A stretch of DNA of 32,000 nt. It comes from an uncultured Clostridia bacterium (GTDB taxonomy: Bacteria > Bacillota > Clostridia > Christensenellales > Aristaeellaceae). The DNA lies in contig CAKUFG010000022.1 of NCBI GenBank assembly GCA_934647235.1, positions 1,138 to 33,137 on the forward strand, given 5' to 3'. Shown here piece by piece: positions 19,641 through 26,036 of this stretch. Position numbers and translations under genes: made by a program. Under the pieces are notes generated by a model. The model was not told the origin of the DNA. It made no database searches and saw nothing but the letters and a program-made list of their open reading frames with translations. Numbering within the stretch: the first letter of the stretch is position 1; every line of letters begins with the position of its first letter.

Positions 19641-19675
19641 AAAAAAGAACATCGCCGTGGGTTTCCCCACGGCGA
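19641..19675 (-). terminator. Intrinsic terminator of the His/Cys-repeat protein gene
   Basis: Minus strand reads TCGCCGTGGG-gaaa-CCCACGGCGA, a perfect 10-bp stem, followed by TGTTCTTTTTT. It begins 23 nt after the stop codon. Confidence 0.75.
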
Positions 19676-19697
19676 CATTTAGTTATTGCGATGGTTA

Positions 19698-21482
19698 TCA
19701 GAACTCGATCTTCACGTAGATGTAGGCGGCGGCAGCACCAGCCAGTTCATCCGCGACGCTGATAGCCTTCTCGAATTCGTAGGCCTTTTCGGCAGTGATG
19801 TCCTTGGAGGGAGCTTCGTTCACGAAGGTCAGGAACGCTTCGGTGGGAACGGCGCTCAGCTCGTACTTAACAGTCACAGTGCCTTCCTTCACTTCGACAA
19901 CCAGCTTGCCAACCTTGGCGCCCTTAGCGTCAACCAGGTCCAGCTCAGTGATGGCGTCTTTGCTCAGGTCGATCTTAGCATAATCGGCAACTTCCTCGCC
20001 CTTTACGAAAGCGATGGTCTTGCCAGAGGTCTTGGTGGAGGTGGAGCCGGTAGCAGGAATGTACTTCTTGCCCAGCTGCACGCCGCACACGGTGCACTTC
20101 TGGATCTTCTTGCCTTCCTGGGTAGCGGAGGGCTTGCGAACCAGTTCCCATTCGCCGGGGGTATGGCCGGTGGCGGGGATCTTTTCGGTGGTGGTGCCTT
20201 CCTTAACAGCGCCGCACACAGAGCAAGCGATGCCCTTCAGGCCGTCTTCGGTGCAGGTAGCAGCCTTGATGACGGTAGCGGCAGCGGGGAACTTGTGCTC
20301 CTTGCTAGCCTTTACAGTGCGGGTCTTGCCGGTAGCGCCGCAGACCTTGCAGGTTTCGGTTTCTTCGTAATCTTCGCAGGGCTTGCCTTCCTTAACGGCC
20401 TTCCACTCGAAGTCATGATCCAGCTTTTCGAGGGTAACGGTCTTCAGGGTAGCGCCGCAGCGTTCGCAAACGGTGGTAGCAGTGCCTTCGGCAGTGCAAG
20501 TGGGTTCGACAACGGTGGTCTTTTCAACATGCGTCAGAGCATCATCGGTATTGGTCCAGCTCTCCAGCACTTCGCCGCAGCGGGTGCACTTGAAGCCGCC
20601 AACACTGCCCTTGCCGCAAGCAGCAGGAGTCAGAATTTCGGCCTTGGAAGACTTCTTGTGGCCAAGAGCAGCGATTTCCTTGGTTTCGGTATAATCGCAG
20701 CGCTCGCACTTGGCAGTCTTGGAGCCCTTCTCAGTGCAGGTAGCCTCGGTAACAGTGGTCCAAGTCAGGTTGTGACCCAGCTTGGAGCCTTCAGTCTTTT
20801 CAACCTTCTGCTTGCACACAGAGCAAACCTGGTATACGACCTTAGCCTTTTCGCAGGTAGCTTCGCTCACAATGTACTTATCGCCAGTAAGAGTGTGTTT
20901 GCCAGTGGCCTTGATGGGCTGACGGGAGCCTTCCTTTTCGTGGTTGCAGCCAGGAGTGGTGCAAACCAGGGTGGTGTAACCATCTTCGCCGCAGGTAGGC
21001 TGCTTGGTGTACTTGGCATATTCATGGTTGCCAGTAGCAGGAATAGTTTCCTTGGTCAAGATCGCGCTGCACACAGAGCAACGAGTCTTAACAACATAGC
21101 CGTCCTTATAGCAGGAAGCAGGAACATTGTTCTGAGTATAGCTAGGATCAGCCGCTACAGGAGTATGCTTGCCGGTGGTGGCGATGATCTTTTCTTCCTT
21201 GTCGCCGCACACAGTGCACACGCGCTCTTCCTTGCCCTGATCCTTGCAGGTGGCCTTATCTACTTCTACCCAAGCGCCCCAGGTATGAGCCTTCTTGGCG
21301 ATGGGTTCTTCATAAGAAGTGCCACACTTAGAGCAGGTGTAGGTTACTTTGCCTTCAACCTTGCAGGTAGAATGGATTTCAACCTTGGTCCAATTGTGGT
21401 CGCAGGTTTCAGCGGCCAGACAGGGGATCGCGATCGCGATCAACAGAGCCGCAACCACGAGTACGCGAAGAATTTTCTTCAT
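19698..21482 (-). CDS. Secreted protein with 11 tandem ~36-47-aa His/Cys3 mini-repeats plus a ~110-aa C-terminal domain; function unknown
   Basis: ORF trimmed to MKKILRVLVVAALLIAIAIPCLAAE (signal peptide; RBS GGGAGG). Repeats follow H-x(8-16)-C-x(7-9)-C-x2-C(G), for example HTWGAWVEVDKATCKDQGKEERVCTVCG. Codon usage is AAG/GAA/ACC/GCT/GTT rich. Confidence 0.8.
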   Translation of the reverse strand: MKKILRVLVVAALLIAIAIPCLAAETCDHNWTKVEIHSTCKVEGKVTYTCSKCGTSYEEPIAKKAHTWGAWVEVDKATCKDQGKEERVCTVCGDKEEKIIATTGKHTPVAADPSYTQNNVPASCYKDGYVVKTRCSVCSAILTKETIPATGNHEYAKYTKQPTCGEDGYTTLVCTTPGCNHEKEGSRQPIKATGKHTLTGDKYIVSEATCEKAKVVYQVCSVCKQKVEKTEGSKLGHNLTWTTVTEATCTEKGSKTAKCERCDYTETKEIAALGHKKSSKAEILTPAACGKGSVGGFKCTRCGEVLESWTNTDDALTHVEKTTVVEPTCTAEGTATTVCERCGATLKTVTLEKLDHDFEWKAVKEGKPCEDYEETETCKVCGATGKTRTVKASKEHKFPAAATVIKAATCTEDGLKGIACSVCGAVKEGTTTEKIPATGHTPGEWELVRKPSATQEGKKIQKCTVCGVQLGKKYIPATGSTSTKTSGKTIAFVKGEEVADYAKIDLSKDAITELDLVDAKGAKVGKLVVEVKEGTVTVKYELSAVPTEAFLTFVNEAPSKDITAEKAYEFEKAISVADELAGAAAAYIYVKIEF

Positions 21483-21704
21483 GTTCGATTTTCCTCCCAA
21501 TAAATTTTGCTTGGTTATTTATATAACAGCCGCTGCCGACTGTTATAGCAATTTCCGCGCCGGCCTCAGAGCGGGAATCGCAGCATGACCCGCAGCAAGC
21601 GTAGCACGCCGCGGCACTTTATCATGTAAACTGCCCTCCTTTCCCGCGCACGCATTGGGGGCACGAATTACGCACCCGGTACTGCGCATGAGACCGTTTA
21701 CCAT

Positions 21705-21733
21705 AGTATAAATGGAATTACTGGGAATGTCAA
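21705..21733 (-). promoter_or_regulatory. Near-consensus SigA promoter driving the His/Cys-repeat gene through a ~195-nt leader
   Basis: Minus strand reads TTGACA, 17 nt (ttcccagtaattccatt), then TATACT. No other CDS lies between it and the ATG at 21482. Confidence 0.6.
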
Positions 21734-21938
21734 TATGATTTGGTAAGAAAAATTTTAATATTTTCCTGATGATTCGACACAAATTGTTATTTATTATAAT
21801 GAAGAAACTATGGTCAAAACGGTCGGACGGCAAGTTAGCTGTGCGTAACCGGCGCACACCCGGCCCTGCCGCCCCCTGCCCCGCGATCTCCTCGGCGCGG
21901 AAAATGGAAAAAATCATAAAAGAATTTGAATTTACCCC

Positions 21939-21967
21939 TTTACAAACCGCGCGGGGTGTGGTATTAT
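21939..21967 (+). promoter_or_regulatory. Putative promoter of tRNA-Ala with an extended -10
   Basis: TTTACA, 17 nt, then TGgTATTAT. It ends ~11 nt before the mature tRNA 5' end. Confidence 0.45.
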
Positions 21968-21978
21968 AATTGCTGTTC

Positions 21979-22054
21979 GGGGCATTAGCGCAGCTGGTAG
22001 CGCACAACACTGGCAGTGTTGGGGTCAGGAGTTCGAATCTCCTATGCTCCACCA
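21979..22054 (+). tRNA. tRNA-Ala (anticodon GGC), CCA encoded
   Basis: Manual cloverleaf: acceptor GGGGCAT/ATGCTCC with the G3:U70 Ala identity pair, D arm GCGC-AGCTGGTA-GCGC, anticodon arm CAACA-CTGGCAG-TGTTG, T arm AGGAG-TTCGAAT-CTCCT, then ACCA. 76 nt in total. Confidence 0.9.
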
Positions 22055-22058
22055 ATAG

Positions 22059-22087
22059 AAACCGGATGCTTGGCATCCGGTTTTTTT
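22059..22087 (+). terminator. Intrinsic terminator after tRNA-Ala
   Basis: ACCGGATGC-ttg-GCATCCGGT followed by TTTTTTT. Confidence 0.75.
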
Positions 22088-22099
22088 GTTGTGCGGTTG

Positions 22100-23052
22100 G
22101 GGGATGAGGGGGGACGAGGGTACGCCGCTGCGGCGTTACCTTTTAGTTTGTCGTGATAACGGCTACTTCGTAGCCTACACCTCATCCGGCTGGCATCGAG
22201 AGAACGCCGCTGCGGCGGCTACACCTCATCCGGCTCATTGCATTCGCCACCTTCTCCTCAAGGAGAAGGCTTTGGGTTGGCCGTGCTGGCCAGCATATGC
22301 AGGGTGCTGCGTTTGCCCCTCATCCGTCTCGCTGCGGCTCGACACCTTCTCCCAGACGGGAGAAGGCTTTCATGGTCGTGCTGTTGTTGAGTTTAGAAAG
22401 TACATTGCCGCATTGACGCAATCGCCAAAAGGCTTCCCCTTGAGGGGAGGCTCCGCCGTAGGCGGTGGTGAGGTGTAGGCTACGAAGTAGCCGTTATCAT
22501 AACTATTAATAAAAGATAACGCCGCTGCGGCGGCTACACCTCATCCGCTTCACTGCGTTCAGCACCTTCTCCTCAAGGAGAAGGCTTTGGGTTGGCCGCA
22601 TTTTCCAGCATACGCATATCAATGCGTTCCCCCTCATCCGTCTCGCTGCGGCTCGACACCTTCTCCCGAGGGAGAAGGCTTTCATGGTCGTGCTGTTGTT
22701 GAGTTTAGAAAGTACATTGCCGCATTGACGCAATCGCCAAAAGGCTTCCCCTTGAGGGGAGGCTCCGCCGTAGGCGGTGGTGAGGTGTAGGCTACGAAGT
22801 AGCCGTTATCATAACTATTAATAAAAGATAACGCCGCTGCGGCGGCTACACCTCATCCGCTTCACTGCGTTCAGCACCTTCTCCTCAAGGAGAAGGCTTT
22901 TGGAGGAGGATCCTTGCCAGCATACGTGAAACGCTGCGTTCCCCCTCATCCGTCTCGCTGCGGCTCGACACCTTCTCCCGAGGGAGAAGGCTTTTATAGT
23001 TATGCGGTTGGCAAGCGAGGAAAGCCTTCTCCCAGACGGGAGAAGGCTTTCC
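22100..23052. repeat. ~950-bp array of the modular hairpin repeat: macro-units at 22203-22517 (315 bp), 22518-22829 (312 bp) and 22830-~22998 (partial), plus flanking partial units and a terminal hairpin A
   Basis: AACGCCGCTGCGGCGGCTACACCTCATCC recurs at 22203, 22518 and 22830. A 56-nt block catggtcgtgctgttgttgagtttagaaagtacattgccgcattgacgcaatcgcc is identical at 22371 and 22683. There are 9-10 hairpin-A modules in both orientations. Confidence 0.9.
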
Positions 23053-23080
23053 TAATATATCATCCATATCGTCCCAGCGC

Positions 23081-23707
23081 TCAATCCGCGCGCGGCAGGT
23101 TCCAGTGGAAGGTCACGGACAGCGCGCGGATGACCATCACCACCAGCGCGCCCAGGATCATGGCCGTAGCCTGCCCGGCCACGCGCCACAGCAGCGCGCA
23201 CACCAGCGCCCCGGCCAGGGACGCGCAGGCGTACACATCCTTTACAAAGATGTAGGGCGTATCGCCCGCCATCACATCGCGCAGGATACCGCCGCCCACG
23301 CCCGACAGCACGCCCACAAACACCGTCAGGTAGATGCCTGCCTCCGGCTGCGCGGCATAGGCGTTGCTGACCCCGACCACTGAGAAGATGCCCAGGCCGA
23401 TCGTATCCATCGCCAGCATGGTGCGCTGATAGGCGTTGTGGTTGCCCGTCAGGTAGTAGCGCACGGGCCTGATAAACACAATAGCCGCCACCAGCGTGGC
23501 CGTGAAGGCGTAAATGGGGTTCTGAAACGTATAGGGCGGAATAACGCCCAGCAGCAGATCGCGGATAATACCGCCGCCCACGGCTGTGGTCAGCGCCAGC
23601 ACGCACACGCCAAATATATCCATCCGCTTGCGGATGGCGATGATCGCCCCTGACACGGCAAAGGCCACCGTGCCGATCAGCTCCAGCGCCAGCACAAACG
23701 CATCCAT
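23081..23707 (-). CDS. Trimeric intracellular cation channel (TRIC/UPF0126, YadS/YicG-like) membrane protein
   Basis: 208-aa ORF with duplicated UPF0126 motifs (GTVAFAVSGAIIAIRKRMDIFG...GGGIIRDLLLG and GVGGGILRDVMAG). RBS AAGGGGG present. Confidence 0.85.
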   Translation of the reverse strand: MDAFVLALELIGTVAFAVSGAIIAIRKRMDIFGVCVLALTTAVGGGIIRDLLLGVIPPYTFQNPIYAFTATLVAAIVFIRPVRYYLTGNHNAYQRTMLAMDTIGLGIFSVVGVSNAYAAQPEAGIYLTVFVGVLSGVGGGILRDVMAGDTPYIFVKDVYACASLAGALVCALLWRVAGQATAMILGALVVMVIRALSVTFHWNLPRAD

Positions 23708-23849
23708 GCGCCCGCCCCCTTTCCAGTCTACAGCGCATTATATATCATGCCATGCCGCGCGCGCAAGCGTCCCGCGCATGAAAAAATAAAGGAAAAACGC
23801 CGCCTGTGTCGAATGGTAATATTTATACGTTTTTTGTAAGGAGAGGCCC

Positions 23850-24782
23850 ATGAACACCCTGCATTTCAAGTATGCCGTGGAGGTAGAGCGCTGCGGCTCC
23901 ATCACCCAGGCCGCCGAAAACCTCTATATGGCCCAGCCGAACCTGAGCAAATCCATCAAGGAGCTGGAGGACACCCTCGGCTTCCAGATTTTTGCCCGCA
24001 CGGCGCGGGGCGTGGTGCCCACTGCGCGCGGGCGCGAGTTTCTGGTTTACGCGCGCGGCATTCTCAATCAGCTGCAGGCCATGGAGGCCCTGTCCCAGCG
24101 GCACGACGACGCGACCCAGCGCTTCAGCCTGTCCATGCCCCGCGCCGGATATATCGCCGATTGCTTCTCCGCCCTGGTGGACAGCCTGGATAAGGGCAGC
24201 CCCATGGATATCCGCGTGCGCGAGGCCAGCGCCCTGCATACCATCAACGACGTTGCCGACGGCCAGTTCCAGCTGGGCATTTTCCGCACAGAGCTGAAGG
24301 ATGCGGGCTATTATCTGAACTATCTGCGCGAAAAATCGCTGCAGTACGAGCCTGTGTGGGAGTATGACGCCCTGCTGCTGCTGTCGCAGGAGCATCCGCT
24401 GGCCGCGCGCGACCGCATCGAGCCGGAGGACCTGGCCCCCTATACGCAGATCATCTATGGCGATCTGGCCGTCCCGTATCTGCCTGCGTCGGACACCCTG
24501 CGCCCGCAGGATCCCCTTGCCGGCCGCATCCAGGTGTATGGCCGGCTGGAGCAGCTGGATCTGCTCAGCCGTCTGCCCGATACCTATATGTGGGCCTCGC
24601 CCGAAGCCCCCGCCGCCCTGCGCCGCTTCTCGCTGGTTATGCGCAAGTGCTTCAATGCCTCCATCCGCTATCAGGATATCCTCGTCTACCCCTCCGCCTA
24701 TCAGCTTTCCGCGCTGGACCGCCGCTTCGTCTCGCTCCTTTCCAGCGCCCGCACGCGCCTGTCGCACCAGACGTATACCTGA
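23850..24782 (+). CDS. LysR family transcriptional regulator
   Basis: 310-aa ORF with an N-terminal LysR HTH (LHFKYAVEVERCGSITQAAENLYMAQPNLSKSIKELEDTLGFQIFARTARGVVPT). RBS AAGGAGAGG present. Divergent from the TRIC gene. Confidence 0.9.
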   Translation: MNTLHFKYAVEVERCGSITQAAENLYMAQPNLSKSIKELEDTLGFQIFARTARGVVPTARGREFLVYARGILNQLQAMEALSQRHDDATQRFSLSMPRAGYIADCFSALVDSLDKGSPMDIRVREASALHTINDVADGQFQLGIFRTELKDAGYYLNYLREKSLQYEPVWEYDALLLLSQEHPLAARDRIEPEDLAPYTQIIYGDLAVPYLPASDTLRPQDPLAGRIQVYGRLEQLDLLSRLPDTYMWASPEAPAALRRFSLVMRKCFNASIRYQDILVYPSAYQLSALDRRFVSLLSSARTRLSHQTYT

Positions 24783-24862
24783 GGCGCGGCAAGAAGGCTT
24801 TATTATTTGAGTTTTGAAAGACGCTTGGCCGTTCTATAGATACGAGTGACAAATGCAGCCAG

Positions 24863-24987
24863 CCCCGTGGCACGCCGATGGAATCGGCGCGGGCTGGCGA
24901 AGCCAGGCCAAGGGGGAAAAAGCGAAAGGCTGACTGGGCGAAGCTTGCTTCAGACCAGGCAGCACAAGGTTTTCACCTGCCACGGGG
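24863..24987 (+). repeat. 125-nt structured element bounded by 10-bp terminal inverted repeats, copy 1 (candidate ncRNA or MITE-like element)
   Basis: CCCCGTGGCA...TGCCACGGGG closes the element. Internal hairpins are CGCCGAT-GGA-ATCGGCG, CTGGC-GAA-GCCAG, GAAGC-TTG-CTTC(A) and GCTGACTGG/CCAGGCAGC. Strand is guessed from G.T pairs. Confidence 0.6.
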
Positions 24988-25004
24988 AATGCTATCCGGC
25001 AGAA

Positions 25005-25061
25005 CCCCTCATCCGTCTCGCTGTTCGCTCGACACCTTCTCCCGCTTGGGAGAAGGCTTTT
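25005..25061. repeat. Single reverse-oriented unit of the modular hairpin repeat, lying between the two 125-nt elements
   Basis: CCCCTCATCC, then GTCTCGCTGTTCGCTCGAC, then CCTTCTCCC-gctt-GGGAGAAGG, then CTTTTATAGTTATGCG. Confidence 0.8.
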
Positions 25062-25143
25062 ATAGTTATGCGCTATGCAAGAAACTTGGCTGTTCTGCCC
25101 AACTACCGCAGTCAGCCATGCCTGATTTTCGCACCCAATCACG

Positions 25144-25268
25144 CCCCGTGGCACGCTGATCGCAGATCAGCGCAGGGCGTGCGCAGCACGACCATAGGGG
25201 AAAAATGAAAAGTTGCCTGGGGGAGCTTGCTCCTAACCAGGCAACTTAAGTTTTTCCCTGCCACGGGG
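25144..25268 (+). repeat. 125-nt structured element bounded by 10-bp terminal inverted repeats, copy 2
   Basis: Same termini and same length as copy 1. Hairpins are CGCTGATC-GCA-GATCAGCG, CGTGC-GCA-GCACG, GGAGC-TTG-CTCC and AGTTGCCTGG/CCAGGCAACT. The helices differ from copy 1 by paired changes. Confidence 0.6.
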
Positions 25269-25372
25269 CACAAAACGGCAGTGCCGCCTTCCAGTTTTAT
25301 TCAATTGCCTTTCACGTCACACGCAGCCTTCTTTGATTCTTTCTTGGGCTCCAAGAAAGAATCGTACCCCTT

Positions 25373-26032
25373 CTACCGCTTCTCCACCACGCTGCCGCCC
25401 TTGTGGATGCAGTTGGCGGGGACGGTGCCGCGAACGCTGACCAGGGGGTATACCTGCGCGCCGCGGCCAATGACGGTGCCGGGATTGAGCACCGCGCCGC
25501 AGCCGATCTCGGCGTAATCGCCCAGCATCGCGCCCAGCTTTTTGAGGCCGGTCTCCATACGCTCGCTGCCGCCATGCACCACCACCGGCTGGCGATCGCC
25601 CTTGACATTGCTGGTAACAGCGCCCGCGCCCATGTGCGCGCGGTAGCCCAGCACGCTGTCGCCCACATAGTTGTAGTGCGGAACCTGCACGTTGTCAAAG
25701 AGGATCACGTTTTTCAGCTCCGTGCTGTTGCCCACCACCGCGTCGCGGCCAATGAGCGCGCTGCCGCGGATATAGGCGCAGTGGCGCACCTCCGCGCCAT
25801 GATCGATGATGACGCACTCGCCCAGGCACGCCGTGGGCGCAACCACCGCGTCGCGCGCAATCCATACCGTGGGCGAAGGATGCAAGAATTCGCTGATGGG
25901 CAGCGTTTCGCCCAGCGCCAGAATAAAAGGCCTGATGCGCGGCAGCACCTCGTGCGGATACTCGCACTTTTCCAATAGCTCCGCCGCGCGCGTATGCGTT
26001 AAATCAAACAGATCGCTTACCCTGTACAGCAT
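25373..26032 (-). CDS. Left-handed beta-helix (hexapeptide repeat) acyltransferase, resembling the GlmU C-terminal domain, standalone
   Basis: 219-aa ORF with hexapeptide repeats (IIDHGAEVRHCAYIRGSALIGRDAVVGNSTELKNVILFDNVQVPHYNYVGDSVLG...). Its RBS GGAGGA lies inside the glmM 3' end, so the two are translationally linked. Confidence 0.7.
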   Translation of the reverse strand: MLYRVSDLFDLTHTRAAELLEKCEYPHEVLPRIRPFILALGETLPISEFLHPSPTVWIARDAVVAPTACLGECVIIDHGAEVRHCAYIRGSALIGRDAVVGNSTELKNVILFDNVQVPHYNYVGDSVLGYRAHMGAGAVTSNVKGDRQPVVVHGGSERMETGLKKLGAMLGDYAEIGCGAVLNPGTVIGRGAQVYPLVSVRGTVPANCIHKGGSVVEKR

Positions 26033-26036
26033 CGCA

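Noticed and set aside
19686-21503. A 605-aa ORF runs fully antisense to the His/Cys-repeat gene. Other long antisense ORFs are 323-1297, 1400-3049, 6596-8140, 8209-9912, 23823-24767, 25806-27299, 28332-28919, 29289-30218 and 30872-31942.
   Set aside because: Their low-complexity Ala/Gly/Arg/Leu-rich translations have no motifs or RBSs. They mirror well-supported genes on the other strand, which is expected in GC-rich DNA with biased codon use.
21543-22076. A 177-aa minus-strand ORF spans the tRNA-Ala gene and its promoter.
   Set aside because: It overlaps a well-folded tRNA and an AT-rich promoter region. It has no RBS and its composition is not protein-like.
22100-23052. The repeat array might have been a CRISPR locus.
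   Set aside because: The period is ~312 bp, made of several different modules in both orientations, not 25-40-nt direct repeats with unique spacers of similar size. No cas genes or leader are present. The spacer-like variable segment is only one small part of each macro-unit.
21979-23060. An integrated mobile element or prophage remnant might sit at tRNA-Ala.
   Set aside because: There is no integrase, transposase or phage gene, no direct repeat of the tRNA 3' end, and only non-coding repeats before the housekeeping-like TRIC gene.
25335-25363. A perfect 13-bp hairpin GATTCTTTCTTGG-gct-CCAAGAAAGAATC might be the terminator of the LbH gene.
   Set aside because: There is no U-run on either strand after the stem, so a canonical intrinsic terminator cannot be asserted. 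It may still be a structural or stabilising hairpin.
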